DNA of 64,000 nucleotides, from assembly GCF_000143415.4 (NCBI RefSeq), contig NW_003314390.1:272973-336972 (forward strand). The letters are read 5' to 3'. Of this stretch, positions 37,663 through 52,038 are shown piece by piece. The notes beneath the pieces were generated by a model, which did not search any database, was not told the origin of the DNA, and saw nothing but the letters and a program-made list of their open reading frames with translations. Each line of letters opens with the position of its first letter. Position 1 is the stretch's first letter. This DNA comes from Selaginella moellendorffii. Its lineage: Eukaryota; Plantae; Lycopodiophyta. The translations under genes and the position numbers were made by a program.

Positions 37663-40600
37663 ATGGAGACGAGAGAAAAGGATGATCCAGAGCTGCGACA
37701 GCCGCTGCTGCGACAAGGGCAAGCGCAAGCAAATGATGGCGACGAGCAGCAAGCGCCGTACACAAAGGCGGGGCTCCTCGGCTTGGCCACCTTCTCGTGG
37801 GTGGCGCCTCTGCTGAAAGTGGGATCAAAAAGGGCCCTGGAATCCAAAGACTTGCCCAAGCTCGCACCCAGCGAGAGTGCCGCGGCGGTGCACCAGCTGA
37901 TGAGCAGGGCATGGCAGGCAAACGCAAGCTCATCCTACCGCCTCTCTAGGAGCTTGGTGAGCATTCTATGGAGGAACTTGGCGGTGGCATCGGCGCTACA
38001 GCTGGTGGCGATGGTGTGCTCCTACACTGGACCTTACCTCATGGACGACCTGGTGCAGAGCTTGGGCGGGGCTGAAGGCAAGTCCCTTGTCATGCTAGCG
38101 CTCATCCTGCTGCTATCGCGGCTTGTTGGGGGATGGGCACAGAGCCAGGGGCTCATACAAGGCCAGATCATCGAGCTGAGGAGCAAGTCGGCACTCACGG
38201 GTTTGCTCTACCTCAAGGGCCTGCGTCTCTCCAGCACCTCGCGGCAGGCTCATGGCAGCGGTGACATCGTCAACTACATGGCCATCGACACCGCTGGGGT
38301 GGCCAGCTGCTTGGAGTTCATCCACCATCTCTGGCGGCTGCCTCTCGAGGTGGTTCTGGCGCTGCTCATCCTCTACAAAAGCGTCGGTATCACGGCGATC
38401 GCGACTCTGGTGGCGACCGTGACCACCGTCGCCGTGAACCTGCCTTATACAAGCATGCAGGATGGATACCAGGCACAGATCATGAAGGCCAAGGACGTGA
38501 GGATGCGAGCCACAGCCGAGTGCTTGCGGAGCATGAAGATCCTCAAGTTGCAAGCTTGGGAAGAGGCTTATCTCAACAAGCTGGAAGCTCTGAGGAGAAT
38601 AGAGTATGACTGGCTCAGAAAGATCTCGTATAACCGGGCTGTCTCCATCTTCCTCTTCTACATCTCGCCGGCATTTGTTGGGATCATCACCTTCGGGACT
38701 TGCATACTTCTCAAGGTACCCCTCACGACAGGCAGGGTCCTCTCAGCATTGGCTACGTTCAGAGTTCTCCAGGCGCCTCTGAGCAGCTTCCCCGACACTT
38801 TGTCCGTACTCGCACAGGCAAGGGTCTCTCTCCGCAGGCTGTCCAGTTTCTTGCTGGAAGAGGAACTCCAAGCTGATGCTGTTTCCCAACTGCCCAGGGC
38901 TGGTGCAGGCGAGTTTGCTGTCCAAGTTCAAGGGGGTGCCTTCAGCTGGGATGGCTCTCCAGAGAAGCTCTCGCTCTCTAACATCCACTTTCACGTGTGG
39001 GAGGGCGCTACTGTGGCAGTGTGCGGCATGGTCGGTTCTGGAAAGTCAACCTTACTGTCCTGCTTGCTGGGACAAGTGCCAAAACTTGCGGGAAAGGTAA
39101 ACGTTTATATAATTGGATGCCAACATTGACTCGACCTTGACTCGACTCGAAAAAATCATGTTTTTTCATGCACGCAGGTCGAGCTGCATGGGAAAGTTGC
39201 GTATGTTGGGCAAACTGCGTGGATACAGAGCGGGAAGGTTCAGGACAACGTGCTCTTTGGAAGTCCTTTGGATCAGTCCAGGTATGACAAGGTTCTGGAA
39301 ATGTGCCAATTGAAAAAGGACTTGGAGGTACTTCCTTATGGTGACCAAACAGAGATTGGTGAGAGAGGCATAAACCTCAGTGGTGGACAAAAGCAGAGGA
39401 TTCAGATTGCTCGTGCTCTATACCAAGACGCTGATATCTACTTGCTTGACGATCCTTTCAGTGCTGTCGACATTGAGACTGGAACTCACATGTTCAAGGT
39501 TCGACGGAGCTAACTCTGTATTGCGTCTCTCCCTCCATATATGCGTATATACTCATTTCAAACTTCACACGTACAGGAAATCATCCTTAAAGCGCTAGCG
39601 TCCAAGACAGTGGTGTTAGTAACTCATCAAGTGGAGTTCCTGGCTGTTGCTGACTCGATACTGGTAAGTGAAAACGGTTCGCTCTTGCAGATTTGCTTGT
39701 CTTTTTCTGACGATCGAAAGTTCTCAGGTTCTCAAAGATGGCTGCATCACGCAGCAGGGGACATACCAAGAGTTGCTGAAGAGTCAAGCTGACTTCAACA
39801 CGCTGGTGCATGCACATAACAAGGCGATGGAGTCCGTAGATCAGAGTTCAAAGTCTCAGCAAGTTCTGCCCGCCGCCGCTGACGACAACGCTGCTGCTGG
39901 TACCATGAGTCCGCAGCCAAAACAGGCGAACCAATTGCAACAGCTGGTTAAGGAAGAGGAGCGCGAGCAGGGCAGCATACACTTGGCACTGTACTGGAGT
40001 TACTGCACAGCTTACTCCAAAGGTGCCCTGATTCCACTGATAGCCATTGGGCCGCTAGCGTTCCAGGTGTTTCAGCTTGCTGGCAACTGGTGGATGGCAG
40101 CAACCTCACAGCTTTCGGTTGCCGCAGCCAAGCTTATCGGTGTCTATGTGGCGTTGACACTCGGGGGATCACTCTTATTTCTTGGAAGGATGGTACTGAT
40201 AGCCATTATGGGCCTGGGAACATCACAGATTTTCTTCTTCAACATGCTCAACCATATTTTCCATGCACCCATGTCCTTCTTCGACTCCACTCCAGCCGGT
40301 CGCATTCTCAGCAGGGTAAGCATATTGTTTGTTTCTTCTTGTTCACATTGAGTTATCACTTGTTTCCGACAGGCATCTTCTGATCAGAGCGCTCTAGACC
40401 TGGACGTACCATTTCGGATTGGTGGTCTTGCAAACTCAACCACGCATTTCATATTTGTGGTTGGAGTGCTGTCGCAATCTGTGTGGCAAGTTTCAGTCGT
40501 GTTTGTGCCTGTGGCGATCCTCTGCGTCAAGCTCCAGGTGCGTGATTGATGAACACAAATGCTTGGTTATGATCTTTCTTATCACAGAGGTACTACATGG

Positions 40601-42093
40601 CATCAGCTAGAGAACTGGCAAGACTTCAAGGCACGCAGAAAGCTCCCATTATTCACCACTTTTCCGAGTCACTAGCTGGGGTAGCCACCATCCGAGGATT
40701 CGATCAGGAAGAGCGCTTCGCGAAACACAGCCTCGCACTCATAGACGACTTTTCTCGGCCGGATTTCTATTCCACCGGAGCCATGGCGTGGGCGACCCTG
40801 CGACTCGAGTTCTTAACCAACATCATGTTCGCCGTCTTTTTGTTCACGCTCGTCTACTTGTCAGGCAGCGTCGATCCAAGTAAGTTTCTCCACTTTTGTG
40901 TTGTGACATCTTATTGCGAACGGACGGCATGCACAGGTTTAGCGGGGCTGGCAGTGACGTATGGGTTGAACATGGATCTCCCGTGGGTCCTCTGGTGTTT
41001 ATGCACTGTGGAGAAGGTGATCATATCCGTGGAGAGAATTCAGCAGTACAGTTGCCTTCCGAGTGAGGCTTCATGGAAAGTCCAAGCAACGAAGCCTTCG
41101 GAGAGCTGGCCTTCAGATGGAACTGTGGAGCTCGTCGACTTGCAGGTTCGAAGCTACTAGTTCACTGCTCAAATGATGACCAAAAACACTTGAACAGGTG
41201 CGCTATACAGATACCTCCCCACTTGTCTTGCACGGCATCACTTGCAAGTTTCCGGGAGGTAAGAAGACTGGAGTTGTGGGACGAACGGGTAGCGGCAAGT
41301 CGACGCTCATCCAGGCCATCTTCCGAGTGATTGAGCCAGCGGGAGGGAGGATCATTATCGATGGTGTTGACATAAGTCGGCTTGGGCTTCATGACCTGCG
41401 TTCAAGGCTGAGCATCATTCCTCAAGATCCCGTGCTCTTTGAAGGCACTGTTCGCTACAACTTGGATCCACTCGGTCGCCATAGTGATGCTGAGCTCTGG
41501 GAGGTGACACAAATTTGTTTTGTTTGATCTGATCTTACTGTGTTGTCTTTTCTTTGCAAGGCACTGGACAAGTCTGAGATTGGCGACTTGGTACGCAACA
41601 AGGAGGGCAAACTTGAGGCATCTGGTACAGTCTACACCCGAGTCTACGTTCGATCTCGTACATCGCTTTAAAACTCGTGTGTTTTTCCAGTGTCGGAGAA
41701 TGGAGAGAACTGGAGTGTGGGGCAGCGCCAGCTCTTGTGCCTAGGGAGGGTGATGCTCAAGCGTGCCCGAGTTTTGGTGCTGGATGAAGCTACTGCTTCC
41801 GTGGATACTGCTACTGCTGCGGTCCTTCAGTCGACCATTTCGAAGGAGTTCACAGGCTGCACCGTCATTACCATAGCTCACAGGCTGCCTACCGTCATCG
41901 GCAGTGATCTCGTCCTCGTCCTAAGCGATGGTAAGCAACTCTGCTTCTCTCTTTCCATGCCTAACCGAAGCGGGGTAACTTTATAGGACGAGTGGTGGAG
42001 TATGATGAACCCGCGAAACTGCTTGACAAGGGCTCTTCACATTTTAGCAAGCTCGTCAGCGAGTACTCTGCGAGCAAGATTTGTAGCACTTAG
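37663..42093 (+). CDS. ABC transporter subfamily C (MRP), lacking TMD0
   Basis: [79 protein letters not shown]. Confidence 0.93.
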
Positions 42094-42197
42094 CATTAAA
42101 CCTGTCATGACCAAGCCAATCTAAAATATCCGGCATCCGATGTGACAATATAGTTAAGAATCGCTATACATGATAAGAGTAAATGAGATAACTTTGA

Positions 42198-43542
42198 TCA
42201 GCACACTCTGGAGGGCTGAACTCTTCGAGAGCGGAGCCTTGCGGCGATGTGCTGCGTCTGCCGCTCTTGTTTCACCGCCACCACTGGCTGCTGCCTGTTG
42301 CATTCCTCGCCATCTTCTTCCGAGTCCGATATCACCAGAATCACCCGGTCCTCATCGCCACCGTATCTAAGCTCCCGCTTCACAGGAGCCTCGTCCTCGG
42401 AAGATCCCGTGTCCTGAGTAGCCACTTTCTTCTTTGCTCGAGCCCTGGCCTTCTGATTCTTCTTCTTCGCCTGGGTTGTCTTCCTGATGCTCTTGCTCTC
42501 GTCCTTGATCACGTCTTCGTCCTCACTCTCGAGCTCTCTGTCCTTGACGACATCATCAGCAAGCTCAATTTCCTTCCCTTCCTCGCCACCACGGCGCGTG
42601 AGAATGAGAAAATGTGCTACAGACTTGTAGCCCATCCGCAAAGCCTGCACAAACAAGCAAAAAAGCTACGTTTGTTACGGCACAAAGCTCGTGTAGCTCT
42701 CTTTACCGTCCTGTAGAGATTCCCAGTGGGAGCCCAGCCTTTCCTGGTCCGGCAGATGCTACAGTTGCAGATGCCTCTACACACCGGGCACTTCCAACTC
42801 TTGTCCGCAAGAGCTTCCTTGACGTTCTCTCCATATCTATATGCAAAAGGAATCTAGAAAAGAGACACCTTGGAAAGCCTTACCTCATGAACAGGCAGTC
42901 GCCGCAAAACTGGCCGTGCAGCGACTCACACTCGTAGCAAAAGGTGCGAAGACCGACAGTCTTTTGCCTGTAGATCATCAACCAAGAAAGGAGAGAGAGG
43001 CATTGGAGAGAAAGAAAGAATGGATGCTAACCTGCATTGGTGGCATGTTTTGCCGGAGAAGGCGTCGTAGATTCGCTCCCCTCCATTGTAGCCATCCACG
43101 AAGAGCTGCCACTCCTCCTTGGCGCAGCCCAGGAGCTTCTCGTGTTCTTGGGTGTACACCTCCGGGATGGGGCCGCCGGTTCCTGCAAGGCGCCCACTGC
43201 GACGAGAGCGGCGCTCGGATGGAGAGGAGCTTCGTTCTTGCACATCGCGATAGCAAGGAGCCGGACACGACTGGAGCCTGGACAAGGAAGAAAGAGAAAT
43301 GGAGAGCTATTGGAGGAGAAAAGAAAGAAAAAAGACAACCTTGCCGATCGCCTGGAGGGTCCAGAGGGTCGGACGACGGCGGGCGTGGGCGGCGGCCTCC
43401 TTTTCTTGGTGGCAATGTCCGCGGACATGGATTCTTTGAGGGCGCCCAGGCCCAGCTCCTGCATTCGCTTGCGATTCTCTTCGATCCTCGCCTGCCGGAT
43501 GAGCTCGTACTCGCCCATCTCCTCTCTTTTCCTCTTGGACAT
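42198..43542 (-). CDS. zf-4CXXC_R1 (CDCA7-like) zinc-finger protein
   Basis: YELIRQARIEENRKRMQELGL, GKTCHQCR|QKT, GQFCGDCL, YGENV, WKCPVCRGICNCSICR, GYKSVAHFL. Confidence 0.88.
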
Positions 43543-43556
43543 TCTCCTCCTTTGCG

Positions 43557-43558
<2 letters not shown>

Positions 43559-43592
<34 letters not shown>
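43559..43592. repeat. (GA)n microsatellite in the CDCA7-like 5' region
   Basis: About 17 AG units. Confidence 0.9.
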
Positions 43593-43596
<4 letters not shown>

Positions 43597-44110
43597 CCAA
43601 AAAGAAGAACGTTCGTTCCCTAGGGTTTTGAGGGGGGTTCTAGGCACCTACTTTTGCGCCAGTTGGACGACCACAATTCTGCCAGCTAGGCGAAGCCTGT
43701 TATTTAACTCACGATCGACCATGTTGACCGAAGTTGACAAAAACCCATTTGATAGAAAAATAACAGAGCCTTGATAAAGATCGTTACAAGCGCGTAGAAA
43801 GAAGATATTTGCAAGAAATTCTTCTTGATCTTCTGACAGGACCTTGATCTTCTGACGAACGAGTCTCTTCTAGTTTCTTTTGGACCCAAATCCAAAAGCG
43901 ATCGATCGAGCTTGCATCAAAGATTGAGCAGCGCTCCCCCAAAGACGTTTCTCAAGATGCATAACTTTTACGTAGCCAAAGTTTCATAAACCTTTTGCTA
44001 CTCTCATTTCTTCCGGAGAGGCTGGAAGAGATCCCTTGCAACTTGTCTACCAGGCCCTCAAATCAAAATCCTCTCCCTTGGGCTTAAAGGCCCATACCAC
44101 AAAGCCACAC

Positions 44111-47100
44111 TTATAAGCCGGGATAAACAGTGGAGGCAATCTCTCTCACGCCCGCTAGCGATAGCTCCAAGCTCGCATGCCCGGCGGTGACTGCAGAGAA
44201 ACGAAGAAACCAGGCCAGGCACGACCATGAGAGAAGAACTCACTCCAAAAACGGTAAAGCTATTACCTCGCAGTAGTGCCTTGAAATCTCTCGCAAAATC
44301 GTCTGCTCTCAGCGAGACTGGTGTGACGCCACACACCCGAAAAATGCACGCCTCCAGATACAAGGACTTCTCCAGGATACTCAGCAGCATGCAGCACGTA
44401 TCCCCAGCTTCCTTCGAAAGTGAAGATCCTGCCTTGCTGGTAGCGATTTCGGACGCGACTAGCATAACTTGATCCTGGAAGAAACAGTCATTCAAGAGTG
44501 TAATCTCGTCAATCTGATTTACCTGCAATGCGTGGAGTATCTCGGGAGCCGGCAGCTCTGGAAAGCGGCCTTTCGTAGCCGATGACCGGCCTTCTTCCAT
44601 GTCCTGCAATGCTTGCCGGGCTTGGATGACGAGGAAGCGGAGCAGGAGGTTGGCAAGCCTGTACACCTGAATCGCGATCGACTCCGAGTACTCAGAGCCC
44701 GACGTAGAATCAAGCTCGTTCCCGGTCGCAGAATGCGGCTTCCTGTGAGAGCCCCTGGCGGTAAGAAGAAACCACGCTGAAGTGCCACCCAAGGTGGCAG
44801 CCTTTGCAAGAGCGACCGTCTCCTGCCTTTGAAGAGGAGGACACGATACTCCTTCGCCAGTGGCCGACCGAACTAATCCTTCGCGTGCAACATAGGCCAG
44901 CAGATGCACAGCCATCTCGCGGAAGTCGACGAGCTCGTCTCGGACGGTGTAAACGGCAGCAATAGGATGACGGATAATCTCGCACAGAAAAGCCGTCACG
45001 TACTGGGCCTCTTGAAGCGCCGAGGAGCTCGTTTGAGCACGATGATATCTTGCCACCTTTCTGCCTTCTGAATCCACGCAGACGTTGGGAGAGCATAACG
45101 CCAAGAGGATTTTATGCCTCTCAGCTTTGAAGTAGGAGATGGTGCTGTCCAGTACAGTTCCCCGGTATGCGTCGTTGTCCCCCAGAGCACGCAGCAAAGA
45201 AGCCACTGCGGCCACACCCAACGCCCACACTGCTTGCTGTGAGGACGTCTCGGTCATTGATATGGAAAACGGTCCTCCTCCATAGTCTTCCTCCCCACGG
45301 TGACTAACCAATGATATAGAGTGCAAGAAGCCCGCAGTGAAAAGCATCTCCGCTCCACTCTTGAAGCAGGATAGGTAGAGACAGAAGCTCATAACAGTGG
45401 CACGGGTGTTGTCATCGCCTCCTAGTGCCATGGACGACACGAGGGACTTGGTCGGAAAATGAGCCTGTAAGATAGGAATCCACGTTGATGGAACCAGACA
45501 GAACCTGATGACCATGTTCATAGCAGCCAAGGCCAAGCACCTGTAGTCCTTGTTCTCAACCATGCCGCACAGCATTGGAAGAAAGCTCAAGGTTTCGGCA
45601 CCGAAGTCAGCCTCGCCTGTAAGTTCCACCTTTGCGGACATAACTTCAAGCGCCACCAGCAGGCACCCAAAGAGATCCTTGAGAGTCACGTCCTTGGCAC
45701 GTTGAGAGTCCAATATAGACTTGATGCAGCTCAGAGATGTGGTGATAGCGGTCGCACAAATTCCACGTAGCTTGTGCTCTTCAGCATTGGTTTCTGGCGA
45801 AATCAATATCTGCCACATCATTGCCTCGAGAAGCTTTGATTGACATGCTACGAACTTCGGCACATAGATTGCTCGATCCATCTCTGCAGATGTAACGGTC
45901 CTCTCAAGTCGGACACAGACTCGTTCCACTAAACTTTTGAGAGTGTCGCAAGTCCAGACTTGACTCTGGAGACAACCCAAACGTAAGAAATTTGGAAGAA
46001 CGAAGACGAAAATCAGACTTACCTTCTTCTCCGCACCAGAAATCTTGACAACGTCCACAAGGCTAGTCACTGCCGAAATGTGAGCGGCTCCGTTGTGGAT
46101 GATGTCATTGGCTTTTTCAAGACTGTAGAGCACGTTTTCTGCAACCTTGGTGGTCAATACATCGCCATCTCGATCCCAAAACTCCAATCCTAACGCACAT
46201 CTGAGTAAGTTGACGTCATAATGGCGGAAATCTTCATGAAGTGTAGGAGACGACGTAGGAGGAATCAAAGCCGTATCCAGTTCTATATCCGCCAGAAAGT
46301 TCGAGATGTCTTGGAAATGGCGATTAGAGATAGTTCTACCATGCAAATCTCCTTGAAGGTTATAATACAGGTCGCTCATAACCAGCAGTTCGATGCTTCC
46401 CGAATAACTGCAAAATTTCCGAAAAGCTAAAGAAACTTGTTATGAGAATGTGATGACAAACCTATAACCACGAGAACTGTATTGATTCACGAGCTCCTTG
46501 AAAGACGGATGCGACAGTATCTATTAAAAACAGATTAGTCACATCGAGAAATAAATAGACACAACCTGAGAGGAGCGCTGAAGAAGACATTTGGTAAATG
46601 AAACATCCATCCCCTTGTTGTCACCTGACAAAAGCTTAACCAGCAAACCGATAACAAAGCACTTCGCTTCCCGCTGCAAGTCAGGCATTTAGATAGATGA
46701 TGAACAAAGTCATGGTCGATCACCTTTGTTTGAAGTACGAATTCCTCTGAGTGATCATAGTCTACGTAGGAAGATAGAATCTCGCGAAGCTGAGTTGACG
46801 AAATCCAGTCAGATAATACAACATTCGATCTTCGCTTCAGATCGTTTGTCTTTGACTCAGCCGTTCTTGACACGGACTGAATAAACATATCGTAGATCAT
46901 TATCTGAAAGATTGACGCCTGACAACGACGGCACAGAGCACGAATAACGTATTCTTCCTGGGATGAGATGTCGGGATCTAGAAGCTCAACAGCTCGATTG
47001 GACAGCGTCTCCCAAAAGGATTTCTTATTCCTCAGCACTGTGATCCCAGTGAGGCATTCGCTACCACCTTGCCATATTGAGAGCAGCAAGGACAGGAGAC

Positions 47101-50100
47101 GAGAAAATACTTCCAAGTACCTGTATGAATTCAAAGTAAGTTAAGAGCTACATTGAACAAATCATACCGTCTGGAGAAAGACGTAGGAACTGTCAGAAGA
47201 TTCCAAATGGCATTCAAAACTTCAGAACTCTTTTCAACATTTCCATCCTTTTCAGCTTCGGCCTCTGACTCGATCCAAGGGGAAATTAGCAATTCCAGCA
47301 TACCAGGCTGTGAAATACACAGTTACAATTGAGCACAGAAGCGTTTAACATACCTGCCACGAGATAGCGCTAGTAACAAAGCTTAAAATGGAATCGAAAA
47401 GAGCAGGACTTTCAAACGCAGAACTTTCTGAGAGAATTCTCTCTATAAAATCACGCATATGTCTCTTCTGCAAACACATCTGCATTCAGCCAGTTTCGTA
47501 AAAACAAAGAAATCGTACCGAATCCACACCGGAGATATAGCTCGCAAGGTTCACAGCTTGGGGCTTTGCCTTTTGGCATATCTCACAAAGCTTCCCCAAG
47601 ATACGCGCACTCAAAATTTGCAGCCTCTGAAATTTTTATTAGTATGCATGTTGTTAATAGTGATATTTGTCTTACAGTGCACCGTTGAAATCCAAAGTAT
47701 GACGTGATAATTGTAATAACTGAAGTCGAAGAAGCAGATTTGTGGAAAAGGAACTGGCATAGAGGAGAAACGGCAAATGCATCCTAAAACCAAAGCGGAA
47801 AATGTTTAAAACCTCACGAACAAGAATTACAAACCGTGTGATGTTCAAGTATCGTATTAATGAGACACAGTGCGGCACAAATTGCTTGCAGCAGAGTGTC
47901 AACCTCCTTTACAGGAACGAGACGATATGTATACAGCTCCTGCAGAAAACAGTGAGAACGAGTGAACAATGACATGCTTTAACATACCTCTAGCTTATGC
48001 GCACTAACAGTCAAAATTTGAAACAACAAACTATGAATGACAGTATCGTTTAGAATTTCCTCCAATACGGCGCTTCTGAGCTTATCCTCGTGCCAGAAAG
48101 TTCCTCTCGTTGCCAAATCGAGCATTTGATAAATCTGAAAATTACATCAAACTTGAACGAAAGGGAATAACACGCAATACCTTGGCAGACATGCACCATC
48201 GCTCGTGCCTTTCTTTGAACTTCCAATTGGAATAATTTACGAGAATACTATGCATGGAGTGAATCACGAAGCCAGATAAGGAATCGGTCCGAACTCCTTT
48301 CTCGAGCAGCAAGATTGCAGCATCCAAGACTAGAAATGCAAGCATCAGTACACAACCATACAGAAAGTTCACATTGGAGAAATTACCAGCCAGTGTTAAA
48401 CAGTATCGACCGCTACTCTGTTCCAGCTTTGAAAGCTTGCAATAGAGATACTCTCCAGACACAATACTGCATTGATGCAACATGAGAGGGGCGAATTTTT
48501 TTTGAGAAAGTACCTTTTGTCCGAGGACTGAATTAAACCGGTTTTTTCTACTCCCGCCATAACTTGTCCAGGGAAGCTGCAACATTAATGAAAGTCCTTA
48601 AACGACGTAAAAAATGTAATCATGCCTGTTTGCGAGTTTTTGAAGCAGGCTGACGCTCTCAGCAATTGCTTTCAGCTCTCCAGGACAGCCAGAAACAAGG
48701 TTCTTGATAACAGAGCACACAAGGCTAATGACGTCGATCCTGAAAAGCGCATACAAGTTCATCTTTCCATGTCCAAAGATTGAATACCTTAAGCTCCTGT
48801 CCATCTTGCCATCAGCGCGAGCAGTTGTTGCAGCTACTGACTTGTCAATGCTAACCAAATGCAATGAGATATCCTGCCAAAAAACACAGTTACACCGGAG
48901 ACAAGAAGCAAAGTAACATAAGCGCCACCTTATTTGATGATAACATTTTGTTCAAGAGAGAAACAACAGAGAGTATTCCTTCAACGCTCTCTTGCGGCCA
49001 CTGAGCCAAGCAAGACAGAATAGTTACCAGGGCACTGTGCTCGCACTGCACCAGAAACGGACACTGATTTTTAGAAAGTCGAACACCAGCATCATTACCT
49101 CCCAGCGCACAAGAGCTACTCCATCATTATACCGCTTCAAAACACGTCCAACAGCACCCGCTGGGATATATAGACCCGAGCAATTAGGAATCTGAACGGC
49201 GCTGGAAATATGTATAACAGAACCAAAACTTTCTTCCTCTTGGTTTGGGCGGTATAGACAAATAACGGGTATTGTCTGGCACAAAAAATTGTACCTACAG
49301 AACCGAATCGCTTTTAACAATCCACCACGGAAGAAAATGTGTACTTACACGCACTCCGCAGACCAACGCCCTTCACACAAGCACGACAATAGACGCAATA
49401 GGGGGTCTATTTCCTGTGGAAAATTATCTCGGAGTGAATACAGAAAGCTTCGTATTGGTCCGTCCACGGCAACTTCCTTGTCCCAGAAAGCGGTGCACAA
49501 CCACTCCTGCAAAAAGTCCAATCAAATGAATACACAAATCGAGCTGCGTAAAGTATAGAACCTGTCCGTCATACGTTTCACAAAGAAGCTCAATAAGCTC
49601 GTTTTGAGAAGTTATGTCAGCCTGCATGAACGATCATAACGAAAAACCAGTATGACTGCATTGATATACCTGGCAAAAATCATAAGCAGCTATGCATGCG
49701 GCACTCAGCGTTTTGACAGATCCATTGTATATGAAACCTGCGAAATGGTTGTAAGACAAGGTTCCACAACAATAAGCCCACATACTCACTCACGTCAGAA
49801 TCTTTCAGTTGCTCCGAGCGCATGAATTTCAAAAGAAAGGCATAAGCCCCGTACTTGAAGGCCTGCTGGGCGTAAACGGCGTGTTCTATGTCCTGTAGGA
49901 TGAAAAAGAAAATAAATCGTGCGCATGGGGCATCTAATACTCACCAGAACCATAGCCTGATCGGGAAGTGACGATACCAAACAGATAAAAGTTGCCCATG
50001 CGAGCAAAAGGGGTGCATACTCGGTAGTCACGGTGAGGTCAAGGCCAGATAAAACAACATCCAGTTCTTGTAACTCGTCAGCTGAAAAGCCATGCCCTCC

Positions 50101-51299
50101 TTGGCTGAAGTATTTGAAGCGTAAATTGGAGGAAAAAAAGAGGTACGACAGGTTTTACCTGAATGATATTTCTCCATGCACCAAAGTGAGAACTAATCGT
50201 AGATCCAGCACCTCTATAAGGATCAATAAAGCTTGACTTCTTACGTGGGCAAGTGTCTTTTCTGCCTCCGATGTAACTGCTAGCCTCTCGCTGTACCGTG
50301 CTTCGAATACGAACTGCAGAATCAGCAAAGAAACCATCATTCCATTTGGCAATCAGTGCTACGTACCTGAAAAGAAACAAACAGATCTTTCCATGTCTGG
50401 ACGCTGCAGCGGGAGTCCGAAAAGGTCATAAATAATATGTCCATAAGCAAAGACTCTTCTGAAACTATTTCATCGGCCCACGCGTCCGAAAATTTGGAAT
50501 CCTGCAACAAACGAAGCATCAGAGAGATGGGAATGATCCAAAGTACGAACCCATTGCTCAGGCCGTGTAGAAGTGACTACGTGGTTCAGGTTTTCAAGCG
50601 CCCGTTTGCCCAGATCCTTGTCAATGAGATCCTGGACCTTCCTAGACATGCATTGCATTGTGAGAAGAAGGCGGGTGCATTTGAGTAAGCATTGTCTTTC
50701 CAGAAAGTAAGTTATGGCAACCTGGAAAACTTGCGCATTAATACTTGAATGGATCGGAAGGAGAAAACTTACGCTTTGTGGCAGTAATGGATCGTCGCAA
50801 GGCACCGACGGGTTATTTTCCATATGCCTCGAGAGAAGAATATAGCTTTGAATCTCATCCAGGTCCTACAAAGAGCAACACAAAGAATTCTTCTCGAGAT
50901 CAAGTACTGCTGTGCAGGCCTACCAGATGCTTGCTGATCCCAAGAGCTGTGCCCTGTAGCTCAGGCTTGACATCCAAAGAATGCGAACCGACAGTGATCT
51001 TGGATCCCTTCAAGGCTTGGTTGGAGGCGGCATTTGGACGTTTGAAAGCGAGAAGCATGTCGATCAGCCAGTTTTGGTGCTCCAGCAGCCTCTCCTCCTG
51101 CAAACAATCGGTGGCAAAGATGCTACATTCTCTCTTGAAGACACACCAATGGATGGATACCAACCAGTTCGATGCGCTTGCGCTGACGGGGTTGAGTGGC
51201 ATCGCCATCGTCCTGGGCGTCCTCCGCGGCGGCGAAATCCTCGAGATCCTCGAACAGATCCCTGTGAGACTCCCACCACAGCGCCGCGGGCGTCGCCAT
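44111..51299 (-). CDS. NUP188: Nucleoporin Nup188-like, many exons
   Basis: N-terminal LWWE.., FKRPN, LDEIQSYILL, YFLERQCLLKCTR; C-terminal FPELPAPEILHALQ and VYPGL*; these match plant NUP188 as recalled. Confidence 0.85.
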
Positions 51300-51342
51300 C
51301 GCCAAAACCCTAGCTAGACCCCTTAGGTAGAAATTTTGGTTT

Positions 51343-51920
51343 TCATCCAAGAAATTTGTCCAATGCCGCCACCAGGGCCGCGGGCGAGGAGCGAGGATAT
51401 GGTAGCAGGGTGCCGAGCTCCATCGCCTTGACGGCGGCCACCAGCGTGGACGGCTTTGCACAGATCAAGAATCGATTGCGCGCCAGCTCCTCGGCGAGCT
51501 CGCACTGATGATTGTCCATGAGATCCTCGTTGATCACTACCACCAGAGGCTTGCCCGCGCGTAGCGTCTCGAAGATACTCCCGGACCCTGGCATTCAATC
51601 ACATTCTTTTGAGTCGATTGATCGATCGATCGATCCATGGATCACTCACCCGCGTGACTGATGACCAGATCGGCGCTGCTCAGCTGCTCGCCCAGATTGG
51701 GAGCAAATGTGAAGTAGTCCACTCGGAGACGATGGTGATCGTCGTCGCGCTCGCGCGTCGTGATTTGTGGGAGGTACGTTCCGCGGCCAATTTGGAGGCG
51801 CAGTGACGAGTAGCCTCGCGAGAGTAGCACGTCTTGGAATTCGTTGCTGTCGACGATACGAATCAAGGCATCAAAGCTGGTGGTGCCAACCGTGACGAAC
51901 ACCCGACCAGAAGGCTCCAT
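51343..51920 (-). CDS. ALG13: UDP-GlcNAc transferase catalytic subunit, 2 exons
   Basis: VFVTVGTTSFDAL, LQIGRG, ADLVISHAG|SGSIFETL, VINEDLMDNHQ.ELA. Confidence 0.93.
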
Positions 51921-52038
51921 AGCCAAAAACCCTATTACGTTCTATGTTACAAAGAAGAAAACCTTTACAAGAACTTTAGTAGTCTAGACTCACTCAAAAT
52001 GGCTTGAGATCCAAACCGGCATCGCGTTAGCTCCTTTC

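Noticed and set aside
42841-43774. Long plus-strand ORFs with RERERE
   Set aside because: Antisense to the CDCA7-like gene and read through the GA microsatellite.
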